64,000 nt of DNA from Diadema antillarum (taxonomy: Eukaryota): positions 1 to 64,000 of the forward strand of contig NW_027270951.1 in assembly GCF_040938485.1 (NCBI RefSeq). The letters run 5' to 3'. Positions 26,484 to 40,295 of the stretch are shown piece after piece; the stretch's first letter is position 1; each line of letters begins with the position of its first letter. A program made the translations under genes and the position numbers. The notes beneath the pieces are model-generated. The model was given only the letters and a program-made list of their open reading frames with translations. It was not told the DNA's origin and did no database searches.

Positions 26484-29331
26484 TCTTCTGAATCCATACA
26501 ACAATCAACTTATCGACGTATACCATGGCAATATGCACTGCCGCCAATACCACGACCAAGTCTGACGCTACCACGTCGCCAAATCGTAGCTCAGCGGCGA
26601 CTTACCCGCTATGATATGCGTGGGAACGAGCTGGCAGTGGCTGGGGCAGCGGATTGATATTACAATACATAGGACTTATGCACTTTAATGCGGTAACATG
26701 AAAACAATACACGTCTGAGCCGTGCATTGTACCCGAATTTTTTTGCGACGACTCTTTCGTCATGGACCGTGACACGACTTTCAATACCAAACCTCTTGAC
26801 GCCCTGAATGTTCCCACAGTTCATAGTGGTGAAAAATATTATTTGGCATTAATTCCAATGTGTTAACAAAAATACTGAAAGCCTTAAGGTGCAGCTCACA
26901 TTTTCCCTTGTGTAATATAATTGGTAATTCGAAACCTGACGGTAAGCAAACATACTCTATGAAAAAAAGAGAAAAATAATAATGCAATATACAAACATAT
27001 TTTACTTCACACACATAGTCGCCCTAAGCCATGTTGCATAAAACTAGTATATGCAATTAAGCACCGAAAGTCAGAAAATCAAAAGTAAGTCAATTATCAG
27101 CCAATCAGCATTGAGGATTCAGACTAAGCTTTTATTTTCTGATTTGTGTTTGATCTCAACTTTAAAGCAACAGGGCACTGGTCCCATACACTCATATTCG
27201 TGTTCATGTTGCCACTTCCGGCATGTGCCACACTTTTTACCATGCATGTTACTGGCCCCAAGCTTCGATGTGACTTTCACGTCTCAAGAAGGCGCCATCA
27301 GCTTATTGAAACTGCATAACTGTGTGACAATGCTTCTAGTTTCCAGGTTTGTGCCAAAGTGTGAACATTGATATTTTCATATATCTTTCTAGACTTGTCA
27401 GAGTCGACTGAATCTGTGATTGTCCAGCCTGACGGCATTCTCTTTATGAAAGTATTAGCCATTGACGTTCTTGTTGGGATTTTTGTTACGAAATGAAATA
27501 AATAAAAAGGAAGTAGAATTGAACACAGAGTAGGTGTCCTCCTTCAAAGGCTTTTTCTACATATCACACAGCATTTGTCATGAGTGCATGGGCTTCTCAG
27601 AAAGTTCTTGAAGTGGGGAGGAAATCCGTTCGAATCCCCTGGAAATGTCACAAGACAATTGTCACCTCACATCATCTTACTGATCACCATGATAACTTTG
27701 TCAGCGAGCTGGAAATGACGTAATCCTTCGAGACATCTCACCTCATGCTCCTCCCATAAACATGAAGAATGATTAAAAGAATGATTTGTGAGCCATCATC
27801 ACTTTACTTGCATCAAGTCCACCACTAGATTTTGTTACTATAATTTGTTGCAATATCATCTGGGATTATTATCATTTTAATATCATCCTCACTATTATAA
27901 TTCAGATGATAATAATCAAAATCATCATCATAATCATCACTCTAGTACTTCCGTAATATCCCGGGATCTTTAGTTTTACCTTTGCTGGTTAACTCATGTA
28001 CTCCTGCATTAACCGGAAGTACATTCACATCCCATGGAAACAAATTATAATCATTCTCTCTTCCGAATTCCTTCTTGACTCTAAGTTTTTAGGGCTGCGA
28101 CATGAGAAGAAGTGGGTCCAACGAATTTGAATACAATCACAATAAAGTAGGTGAAATGTGCTAGCAACTGAGTATCTTCAAACTGATAATTCATACATCA
28201 ATGAGGAAATTCAAAGCCCCCTTTTAATCAATCTAAATTGTGATAGGCCTATTGGTGGATGATAGCATGCCAGTTATTCATATTAAAAGGTGCATTAGTG
28301 AAAAAAAACTGTATTTTCACATTTTAATACTGTTATGTGAATGAATGTGTATATTAAACACACCTATAGACGATATCAGCAATAATTTTCAGGATGGAAG
28401 GCAGCAGATTATAGAATAGAAGAAAACATTCCAAACGATAGAAACATGGCGAGATAATCTCAGCGTCGGGTCAATATGTCAGTCGGCTTACCTGAATCGT
28501 GCTCCCAGCTATTCTTAAGTACGCCGAGACTATCCCCTTCACACTGTCACTATAATACACCAAGAGCTCGTCAAGTCCAGATTCTTTGCAAATCTTTCCG
28601 TCGAGGGCTGCTTAAAGACCTACACGGACTGGCGGAGGGGCGCAGCAACTCTGTGCACTGAGCTGCAATTTATTGTTCATAATCAAATCTGAATTTGAAG
28701 ACTGATGATATCAGCGCGACCCAAGCCTGGAGTTCAAGTCGCCAAAACAGTGCAGCACTATAGCAGCAAAGCTGGTCGATGAATGGAGATGGAGCTACGG
28801 AAGAACCATGGAGCTTCGTGGAGGAATGAAGGCACCAGTCAAGTGAAAGTATACGCATCTCCAGAAACAGAACTTAGTGCGCCTCGACGTATAGAGATCG
28901 CGATAGGCTAGTCTTAAACAAGGCGTATAGGAGACTTGGTAAAAGACAAAGAAAAAAAGCGTGTCACTACAAGGACAAACTGAAGTCTCTGAAGATTCAA
29001 TGACACGAGTCATTGGACTCTTTTGTGTACAGCTCTCTTTACATAGTTCAGTGTCTGTAAGTCACTTGGAGGTCCTTTTCTTTTTCTCTACGTAAGGATT
29101 TGCAAAGACATCTAGTCTAAGCAAAGACATGACCTACGACACGTTTTTTTTTTTTTGTGTGTGTGTGTGTGTGTGGTTTTTTTTTTTCAACGTGTTTCTA
29201 CTGAGCAATATCCACATAGCCAAGACATTGAAACGGCTTAGTTACATCAGAATATCTAAAAGTGTTGTTTCACGTAACTTATGAAAAATAAAACGAAGGC
29301 AATGTTCTTTTGTAACACGTAAAACACGCGC

Positions 29332-29374
<43 letters not shown>

Positions 29375-29847
29375 TGCACAAACTTGCAATTACACACGGC
29401 AGTTGATATCATATCTCTGAATAGTTACTAACATAACCTCATGATATCACAGACGTTGTACCACACGAAATAACTACTTTGCAATTTTAGTTTCATTTCC
29501 AGATGATGCAAACCTACAACATAAGGAAGGAAACATCTCAACACACATATTTACCCATAAAGATAAATTTATTGTGTAACACCTATTTTGTTGCTATAAT
29601 TCAAAATCGGACAGATATACCAGGTGAGTGGCCCGCTTCAGGCTACAGACATAAAACACAACAAATATTGCATACGTCTTGAAGAAGGTTACAACTACAA
29701 ACAGTCGGAGCACGCTGCCAAGTGTCCCTACGAGCTCCGGTCATGTAAGGTCAAAGTTGCCATTCCAAAGCGTTAGGTATGCATCCAACGCATTTGAACT
29801 CTACACGGAATTGGTATAGGACAACCTTTCTGCCCCTCCTCCCCTCC

Positions 29848-29883
<36 letters not shown>

Positions 29884-30686
29884 CCCATTCTCTCCAACCC
29901 CTCAAGCTTTACACAGGGTGGGTGAAGCCAAACCTTGAACGAAGTTTCCTGAGACATTTTCCCCCAACAATTTGCAATGATGACTGTGACAAAGTTGTAC
30001 CCATTATCTTTGATTACTTGTGGACGTTGTATGAAATGCGCGCAAGTGTATGCGTGGAGACACGTGAATTTGCCTTCAACGAACACATACACACATGCAC
30101 ACAAACACATACCACCACCACCACCACTACTACCACCAGCACCACCACCTCACCACCACCACCACCACCACCGCCACACGACCACCAACCCAACACCACC
30201 ATACTCCATTTCTCTTTAACCCCATCTCTGCTATAGGAATGTGCCATAGAATGAACTTTTCAAACAATTCGCTCTCTCTCCATACCAGAAGATGGTATCT
30301 TCCCTACCTGTGTTGTCTACTTTGTAAACTATACAGTTAGAGTGTCCAAAGTCCATTACTCCAAATAACTACATGGTCTGATGTCGCTCCTAAAAACATA
30401 CCTCTAAAGCACAAGTTTTCAAGTTTTAATTCTCAGTTGATCTTCCCTTTTCTCCTTTATTTTTGTGGTGTGGGAAGCAATCAACAAGTTCATTGTACTT
30501 TGCTGTCCTATACTTTATAGATTTTCGGAGCCAACACTATTCATGATTTGTTTGTAAAGTTAAACACAAGGTCGAAATCTATATAGGCATTTTTCCTCTC
30601 TCGGATATCCTCTTTAACTGAACATGACACGCACATCTCCTCCTATAGCACTAATAGTAATATAGGTAGGCCTACGTTCTTCTAAC

Positions 30687-30703
30687 CATGGATAGGGTCC
30701 ATG
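30687..30703. mobile_element. 17-bp palindromic insertion with perfect 7-bp flanking repeat
   Basis: TTCTAAC|CATGGATAGGGTCCATG|TTCTAAC. Confidence 0.6.
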
Positions 30704-31411
30704 TTCTAACCATGGCTTTGAGTTGATTGCAAATCAACTCACGATAAAAATCGGATTTTTCCTTTGCTTTCACTGTTGTATTATGATACAGTGCCCTGAT
30801 TTTTCTTCGCTGTAAGGGAAGAAGAAACCCTTAGCTGCTTAACTTGCATATTCTTCGTTGCTTGACTTCAAAAACGTTGTAGAATAATACAAGACTGAAT
30901 GAATATACGCACTCGGTGACCAACAATAATAGTCTATCAAGTCTATGACTGTTTGTATAGTGTATTAAAAGGGCTTGATGAAATTCTGAGGTACGCTTAT
31001 ATATGGTCGCCCCCTGGCAGACATTGCTATACAGTCTGTCGTGATCTCTGGAAAGGAAGAAAAAAGTGCTTCGTCCGCCTTCTACCAGGAAGAAATGGAT
31101 AAAATGTCAACCTAATATAGGATTGTGAGGACTATGAGGATAACATGACATTGTTATCAATAATGTATCAATTTCATCGCCTGTAACTAATCCATACAGC
31201 GACAGCACTTGATTCTTTACATAAGATTTTTGGTATCGACAACACGATTAAAGAAAAAAAAAAACATGAGGCGAAAAAAGAAACAACGAGGACTAAACGA
31301 TTTGAAAATCGTAGACCTGACACAGGTGCGATGATATTGCCGATACTTTACGTTGTTCACTATTGCAAGTGCCTATCCTTCCTATCAGTATCATTTTTCA
31401 ACATTGTTTAA

Positions 31412-31973
31412 AGGACAAGTTCACCTTCATATACATGTGGATTGAGTGAAGGCAACAATGTTAGTAGAACAAATCAGTGAAAGTTTGGGGAAAATCCGAC
31501 AATCCGTTCAAAAGCTATGAATTTTTAAAATATCTGTCCGGACAATCACTGCTGGAGGAGAAGACTACTATAGTGTATGATGTCACATGCGTACAACGAT
31601 ATAACGAAAATAAAAAGAGAATTTCACAAAACTTGACTTTTTGAATAAAGTGCACATTTCCTCGACTTGTTACTGACTTATGTTAGGGGTAATGTTATTC
31701 CCCCTGACTTCTGAAAGAGAGAAGTCGAGTGTTCTTTTATTTTGTGAGAAAAGTGAGAATATCTTGAATTTTCTTTATACTTCCTTTATATAGTTGTACT
31801 CATATGACATCACAAGCTATAGTAGTCTTCTCATCCAGCTGTGACGGAGCAGAAACTTCAAAAATTCATAACTTTTGAACGGATTGTCCGATTTTTCCTC
31901 AAACTCATTGATGTGTTCTACTAATATTGCTGCATTCACTCAACCCACATGTCTATGAAGGTGAACTTGTCCT
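31412..31973 (+). mobile_element. TTAA-flanked MITE (Kolobok-like), 562 bp, copy 2
   Basis: TTAA|AGGACAAGTTCACCTTCAT...ATGAAGGTGAACTTGTCCT|TTAA, 19-bp perfect TIR. Confidence 0.88.
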
Positions 31974-34900
31974 TTAAAGACTGTAGTCATCATCATAATA
32001 AACTTCAGCTATCATTAGTTTAAGGTTCAGCCTAAAACATGAGATTGAAACCAAGAGAGTTTACATCAGTCATTAAAACTATACACCTCGAAGACAAGGA
32101 CCTTGAAGTACTTAATTTCCATGTCAAGCAGAAGAGTGAATCAAATGCTGCGATATTATTATTAGATCGTGAGCCATCATTAAGCCACAGTGAGCCAAAT
32201 CGGGTGTGGTAAGGGTATTTCCTTGCCATTTGAGCATGAATTCAATCCCTTTTGTCACTGAATATCACTGAGAAAGGATGGTCTGTCCATCCTCTTGTTT
32301 TAGATTTTTTTTTCAATTTCTCTATGATGATATTAATGTGAAATGATTTCCCATTGTCAATACTGTTGTACTTCCTTTTCTATTGGGCAACGTAATATGT
32401 GCCACAGAGATGTAAGGTTTTTAATAATCATCTATCTCAACCGTTAAAGTGTGTGTACACTTTTTGGGGTAAACTGCATCATGACGCTAAATTTGTCAAA
32501 CGAAGGGTCTTTCATGTTGTGGGCAGGGTGAAAAATGTTGATGCTACGCGTTTGTCAGTGAGAGTTGCAGAGAAAAATTGAACGAGAGGATAATCCGGTT
32601 TTCTTAACACTTAAAATGAAATTAGCAGTGTTTGAATGATGTTGACAACGAACAATGTAAAGAGCAACCTTGAAATAAGACGTTTCATTAGAGCGCCACC
32701 TACGATATGTATATCGAAAGCTAAAATCTACGCTTGAAAATTTCTCGACATGCCCTCCACGTCCATGACCATGACTCTGCTTGACCTGCACAGTCGTACC
32801 GTCGTCGTGCAGAGATATACGCGAAAAATATGCACATTATCAATGTGGATCAAGCAATATTTAGTATGATCTAACGTTTTAAATAAGATTTAAAAGAAAA
32901 AAAAATCTAAAGGAAACAGAATGGTATCAAGGGCTGTGGCCGCATGCTGCGCTGAGAAAACTTCATGAAAGATATCTTGTTTTCGCGACGTTTCTTTTTT
33001 TCTTCGATAAATAAGCATATATGTTAACAAAAATAACACTGTACTGTGTTGATTTCTCTATAAAAGAGTTGTTGACCTAGATATTGGGGGTACAAAAATG
33101 TTATTCAAAGATTTTGTCCCATTTGAAGAGCCAACGCATTTAGCGCCCCCTCAAGAACACGGCGCCCTAGCAGACGCTTGCACATTGTTGATGTGATACG
33201 CTCGCCAGGTGACAAGTCACGGCGCCTCGTACAAAAGGAACAATCAAATACCTTTCCTGGGGGACTTTGTTTGCTTGTTGTTGTTGTTGGGTTTTTTTCA
33301 ACGGCCAGATCGTGGGATGCAGTAGGGCCTACTTACATGCGGTATGCTCTCAGTGACGTAGACTATAAAGTATGGTCAATACCAGATTCTTATCAAACAC
33401 AAGATTTTCCCCTTATATGATTCAGGTATTTTAAACTCAAAGTCTAGGTCTTTTGATTATTTTGTTTGATTTTCGGCTAGCAATGAATGTCTCTATATCA
33501 TTATAGATCAAACGTGAAGAACAATGGACAATGGGAAAACCATTCATCGTAAAAAAATGGAAAAAAAGAAGCTTTCAACGAGACAGTTAGAACGTGTCGA
33601 CTCCCCCATTGAAGGCCCACTGGTGACACGTCACTAAAGTGACAACGCATTACATATTATTACATACTTAAAATAACTTTAGAAATATGACTAAGCGATG
33701 ATAAGACTTTGAAAAAGCGCAACAGGGACTTGGAGTATAAAATTCAAATTCGAGTCCTTCAGTGAGAATGCTACAGAGAGGTAATTCTATGAATGACAGA
33801 ATGATTTTGTTGTGTTATTTTGTGTCTTTATAACGGAAAAAAAAGACGATTTCATTTCCTTAAACCCGTCTCATGTCGAAAAGCCTGAAATCCTAATGGC
33901 ATTCTGAAATAGGTGGTGCGTCGGACTAAAAGAATTAAAGTCAGTTACTTTCAATACTATACGGGATAGCGATATCACAATCCACACTATACTACAAGCT
34001 TGCGAAACATGAACACTCGCAGAGAAATGGGATTACGCGCCTATACCAATATTATACACGCACCTGGACTTCGCACCTAAAATAAGTTGTCATCATTATC
34101 ATGTGGCATGGTATACCGAAATGTCCCACAGTTCAATCTTGGGAGTCGACTTTACTTTGGCGGAACAATAATTGTTGATATTTCTATTACGTCATTCTGA
34201 TTCATCACAACCTGGCAAACTTCCACACAAAGAAAGACCTTTGGAATACAGAAAAAAAACAAGTCGAAAAGATCACTTGAAAGGGAAGCGCTACACAATA
34301 GCCCATTCACAGATCACATAGTGATAATATTATACAATTGAACGTGTGACACGTTTGGTTTGATTTTACCGCGTACATGGCGTAGCTTTATACAGCCCCG
34401 GGATTTCATCTTGCTTTTATTGAGCTTGGATGTCATGCTCCAATGGAAACCATGCACTTGCATATTTGATGGTACTATGAAAAGCAAAGCATTCACGCCG
34501 GCTAGAAATTATTTCTCACTATATGGTGCAGATAAAGTAAAAAATATATATGACATGCATCGTTTCTGAGGAAGTCTAACAACAAATTCAACAACTCTCC
34601 TGCTGCCCCCCCCCCCCCCCGGGAAAAAAAGGAAGAATAAAAAGTGACTGCACATTAAGATCCAGCGTGGTTGTCTAATGCTCTCAATAAATCGATTATA
34701 AATTATGTATTCGTCGTCCACTTCCTATAGTAGATTCCAAGAAATCTGTTGACGTCATCATCGATTTTGAGTTTAAAGATACAAGAAGTGACTGATTTAC
34801 ATAATCTTTGCGGCTCGGCGAAGGAACTCACCAACTTAGGAAATATCCGCAGATACGAACTTACATGCACGAGGGTATTCGACACCTTTTTAAGCACATT

Positions 34901-37149
34901 TCAAGCATAAACCATGCAAAAACTAAACATGCAAATGATGTCATTAGTCTGATGCTCATTGTACCGCATGTGATGGGAATAGAATAATGATAAAAGGGGG
35001 TGGCATAAAAGAAGATGTTAAAAGATGGTGAGAGAAAACGAGATGGTGGTGAGAGATGGAGAAAAGCAACAGGTGAACGGACGATGAAAGAGAGAGCGGG
35101 AGGAGAAGAGAGATGACATCTGGATGAGGACGGAAGACTATCAAACAAAGAAAGAGGCAGGAAAATAGAAGATTTTGAGGGGAAAAAAGAAAGAGCACAT
35201 TGAAAGAACGAGTGACTGAAGTCGCTACAATAACCACGGAACATCGATATAATTTTTTATGATAAGAATTAATCATGATTACGTTATGACCGTAATCATA
35301 ACATTTTAAGGAATTAGGAAGGTAAGATAGATGAGGAGTATGTGCATGACGACATAGATAGACTGACAGATGCAGTATAATATGGGTGTTCGTGATAAAA
35401 GAGGAAGGCCGATCCCAAAATAGGCAAGGTAAAGTGAAGAGGCCGTAACTTTAATTGACTTTGACTTTATACGCTGTAGCCTTCAGATTACATTTTGCGG
35501 TGTCGGATGGCCTTGTGATGTTCGGCGTCTTCATTACACAGTGCGTCTTTGAATGGAGGGGTGGATATAACTTTCATCAGGAGTTTGTGAAAAGTTGCGG
35601 AGAAGCCACAAAATCCCGTTCCGTATTGTGTCCAACGCGCTCGCTCGCGAGCAAACCTTTGAGCAAGTTCTACGATTTTGCCCAGTCATGCGAGGGATTC
35701 CATTCGCTATTTCGCAATCCTGTTTTTTTTTTCTGCAAACCACATTTCAGACAATACTCACGTACAATGCGAATTAATAAAGCCTGGAGTGGACATCATT
35801 TGACCCAGTAAACCAGTAAACCAAGCGTGCCTAATTCCGTCTGCACTCCCACAATTGAAATTCACACTCCTCCATGACATTTCTTACACAATGCAGCTGT
35901 ACTGCCATTATCATTTCTGAAAGGTCCCATTTCTATCGACTGAATTCTATCAGCGACTAGGCTGTGTGCTGGAAGGAGGGCGATTTTCCCGCCTCCCTAC
36001 TTCATGTACTTGAACATAGTAAACTCTACGACGCGAACGCTGTGATAACATGGATAAGACGACGCTATTATAGGCAAAACATATATGTGTGCAAGTATTA
36101 TGTTCTGTACATGCGCGAGAGAACTGTTTCCAGATCTAAAGCTCACTATCTGTTTCAAACTCTGTAGGCATACAACTGTTGATATGTCGATCACATTCTT
36201 CGATCAGAGCAGGGCAAAATTGCTTGTTAACAGTGATCGTAGAGTGCAGTCAAAGTGAATATAAATGCGCCTCAGTTGAATAATACATCTTTCTCTCCTT
36301 ATACAGTTCCGTTCTTACACATATTTATCACAAGTATAATATGACAGCATCGTAATTGGCCATTAATGTTTACAACATTTACCATCCATATCGTTAGAGG
36401 ATCTTCGTGCGTATATAACTTGCTAAAAATATACGCACATGAAAGAAAACACGCTTTATTTCTCAAATCTCTTGCCCCCCCCCCCCCCAAAAAAAAAAAG
36501 ACAGCAGGAGGAATAACTATTCATCAAATTCTTATAATGGTCATTTTGGCAAATTAACGAAAAACAGACTAAACCCCGATATACTTCTTTATAGCATTCC
36601 CGTTGTGAAATATTATATTTTGTTGGGGGTTTTTTTCAAGCCCAGGTCAAAAACAGATTGGTGAAAAGACGCCCCTGATGTCTCAAACTTCTGCTGTTTG
36701 AACTCCAGTGCACTTCCAAGAGATCAGAGATCAGGGCTATGTCCATGAGAACTCCCCAGGAGTGCTAGGGTATTATCAACTGTTAAATAGACCTCAGAGC
36801 CGGAGGAATTATGCAGGCCTATACGAGATTAAAAGACAAGGGACGGAAACAAACTCCATCACACACACAACGGACACACACAAGCATAATACGGAAAAGA
36901 GCAGGATCCTCTTTCTTTGATGAGATGAGAAGAAAATGGTTTTCTCTCCATTCACTTTCTAAGTACGAATTTGAGGCCACCATCCCCCCCCCATCATCTT
37001 ATTTTCGCCTGAAGTATAATAGCTTGAATTTTATAACAAGTCATGGCATAGCGATGCATCGCATAATATTCCCATGAAATAAAACACTGTGCACAGTACA
37101 ATAATGTACACATTGAAAGTAAATATCAATTGCACAAATGTATGGATGT

Positions 37150-37352
37150 ATCACATTTTTGTATTTGAATTTGTAGCGTCATTACTATCAGTGGAGTAAG
37201 TAGGCCCCTAATGCTTGTAAAACAAGCAACCACGGGCTGTATAAGTCCCATCCAAAGAGCTGGGCAATGAGGATAAAACACCTTGCCTTGGGACACAACC
37301 GCCACAGCCAGTGGACTCGATCCATGCGCCTTTCCACTGAGCCTCATCAGCT
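37150..37352 (-). mobile_element. tRNA-derived SINE, degenerate
   Basis: Minus strand: A-box-like AGGCTCAGTGG, B-box-like GGATCGAGTCC, then GTGTCCCAAGGCAAGGTGTTTTATCC resembling the body of the 43-kb SINE. Confidence 0.6.
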
Positions 37353-38522
37353 ATTCTATTGAATGGACTTTTCTTGAACCCGACTGTATATGAGTATATA
37401 ATTCAATGGTCACAGGGTGGTGAGAGTCAATGCACCCTCCCCCCCCCCCCCTGGTTACACCCCTTAGGCATGTATCATAACTGTATATACCAGCGAGCGT
37501 TTAGTCTATTAAACAATAAAAATAATTGTTGAGCTGTCGCCATGGAGATAGCATCAGCTAGGGCCGTGGATCTCATATTAGGGTTATCGCAGTGGACGTG
37601 ACGATTTGCAATGGTTCACAACAGGAAAAATCAGTCATGTTCACGGTAGGGATAAAAACAAAGATGAGAATTACACCATGGGAAAGAGGGAAGCTAAAGA
37701 TAGCCTTGTAATGACAGATTTCGAGTAGATTTAAGATCCTGCGACTGCGTCCCCACGTCGCGCAATGAGATGTTCCTCACTGACAATAATGTCATAAAGA
37801 GGGATGATGTAGAGAGTGGAGGAGGGTCTAGAGATCGTGTGTCATGGATCTCACGACACATGGCGAACTTTGTGAACGGATATGACACTTGACAGTGAAC
37901 TTGACAGCTGAAATATAAATAGCTCACATCACCAATAAGCCAGTACGGCGGGGCGAAAGGGGGGGGGGGGGGGGGGGGGGAGAGGCTGGCTATCCTGATG
38001 TGATCACTGATGGGTGTCCCTCGCGGGAAGATCGGCACGCACGTGAAACAGACAAACAGACAACCGGATACACGCCGACGTTGTTGCCGAAACCCTATAC
38101 GCACTGACAGGAGGGCGGGTTGAGCATGCTCGAGGCTGGAACAGGAGCTACATTAATTGCAGTATATCGTAGATATATCTCCATGAGCTATGTATATCTA
38201 CTGTGCCAACGCTCTTACCCCCAAGCTGTTGATCTGGACGTTCCGTTGCGGTTATTCACCCTCTCCCATCGCGGCATTCGCCCCGGTAATGATGACAGAG
38301 TTACGGTGAGCGTTTCTAGATCTCCACGATACCTTCTCGCTCACCTGCGCATCATTGCCGCAGTACACCCCACCCTTTCGCCACAAAAAAATAAAAATAA
38401 AAAAGAAGGGGGAACACGACCTAATGACCACATAAGTAGGTTTATGAAGGTAAAGTTGCCCTCATTTGCAAAAGTGTCCTTTCGTCACATTAGTAAATTA
38501 ACGGCACACTTTCTCTTCTTAC

Positions 38523-38538
38523 CGCAAATAAAGGCCAT
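38523..38538 (-). CDS. Candidate first coding segment (signal peptide start) of the mucin-like gene
   Basis: GGGATGGCCTTTATTTGCG|GTAAGA gives ATG GCC TTT ATT TGC G, phase 1, with an in-frame upstream TGA and a CpG-rich context. Joined to 8470 it yields MAFICVLLSTGLA-QT. Unverified. Confidence 0.25.
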
Positions 38539-40184
38539 CCCGCTCCGTAACGCGGATCAGCGCACGTCGATCCAACTTCTCGGTAAATGCGTGCATGCGG
38601 TCAGCGCATCTTTTTTTTCAAGAACAAGTAGAGATGATGGGCCAAATTCTTTCCTTGTTTCACAGTAGAAGATGAAATGGCATAAATTGAACATAATATT
38701 TCATGACAGCTCCACATACACAAACCACAACACGACCGCCAACCACAAATCGCAGTCAACGTCATCGTTGTTGAATTATGTTTTCCAGTGGGCCGCACGT
38801 TTGCCGAACTACAGAGGGAAATGCAGACATAAAGTCGATTTGGCAATTCAGGAAGAAGTACAAAATCAAAGAATGTCGTCATGAATTCAAGAGTTGTGGC
38901 AATGCTAGAAAACACTCGGAAGCAGAAATAAACCAGTTGTGAAAAATAACTGCTTGATAAGATATAGGTCTAACAGGACTCTGAAACTAGAAGGGCGTGC
39001 CATCTATTTTCGCTCTGCCTTGTACAACGGTATGAGGGTTATTGCTGTTCATACCTGGCCAGAGGGGTAATGTATAGGTATCGGCTATCACACCACCAGT
39101 GCATTGTATTTTTTGCAGTTTATAAGATTATAGAACTACAAGACAAATATTACAATCATTGAACGCTGCACAGTCATTTGATACTTTAAATCGTATATTA
39201 ATCCGAATTATCGAAGAAAAGACACATTTCATACACAAATCTCCGTTCAAGCCAAAAAAAAAGTTCACTTAAGGTGTCAAAAAGAACCTTCTTCCCACAG
39301 AAACTGATCCTGTTTTTCGTCAAGAATGCCGAGACACGTGATTTGACAGAAAAGTGGATTCATAACACATCCGTGGAGCCGCGATAAAAGATTTAGGTAA
39401 ATGGTATTCGTATTACAGTAATGTGTCTTAACATCAACAACGCTGGCATTTTCCTGGTCTATTGCGGTTCCAGGAAGGTAGAAGACTCTCACTTCGACCT
39501 ATTTGAAGGTACGATGTACCAAATTATACCTCAAACGGTATTACGGACGGAGGGAAATCCTGGTGGGGCAACAACATGTCACACATTCTGACACCGAAAC
39601 AAATCACCACCACTAATCAAACTAAAGTAATAAAAACTTTATTCTTCCCTCGCCTCCTCAGACGGTATGGTCCCAGCCTCGAGCCATCTTGTCTTCCAAC
39701 GTGGGCCGAACAGGCCATACCCACTTTGTACCAACACATGGATATTCATGACAGATGAATCTTCTTTACAATCTACACTCAAAAGGGAGCAGGATTATAC
39801 CATCCTCTAACTCCGCCGCCTTTTTTCTTTGCAAGATGCCTATGGGTCGATTTCCCCCTTTCAAAAAATCGATACACTAAAGGTGACCGAACTTCCTGTC
39901 GCTTCTTTCACACACACAAAAAAAAGATAACATGATTAATTGCGATACACAGCACTGACATATTCGAAAGAAACATATGAACAATAAATAAAACACAAAT
40001 ACAAGTCGAGGTTATCTGCGGTCATCGCAGAAGACACAACTCGTTGGAATCTAGAGGGCGTATAATCAGTGTGTGTGTTTAACTGTCACAGAATGATTAA
40101 GTTGTTGAAGTTTGGACAATTTCATTGTACAATGTACTTATGATATGAATTTTGTGGAACCGTGAAGAGAATCAACTCATTTTG

Positions 40185-40222
40185 TTGTGTTGTTGTTCTT
40201 GTTGTTCTTGTTGTTGTTGACA

Positions 40223-40257
<35 letters not shown>

Positions 40258-40295
40258 AATGATGTTGTTGTTGTTGTTGTTTCAGTAGTTGTTGT
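40185..40295. repeat. Compound (GTT)n/(GAT)n microsatellite
   Basis: Direct reading. Confidence 0.9.

Noticed and set aside
26606-26817. Minus-strand donor GG|GTAAGT with an upstream ORF as first exon
   Set aside because: The Met-containing frame is phase 2 and not signal-like; the phase-1 frame has no ATG. It might be a non-coding exon but is unsupported.
31006-31020. CTCF-like GTCGCCCCCTGGCAG (partial matches near 32690 and 33143)
   Set aside because: Short motif match only; not distinguishable from chance without ChIP or conservation data.
34832-34960. Two minus-strand donors with an upstream hydrophobic ORF (MSIRLMTSFACLVFAWF...)
   Set aside because: Phases (0 and 2) do not fit the mucin exon.
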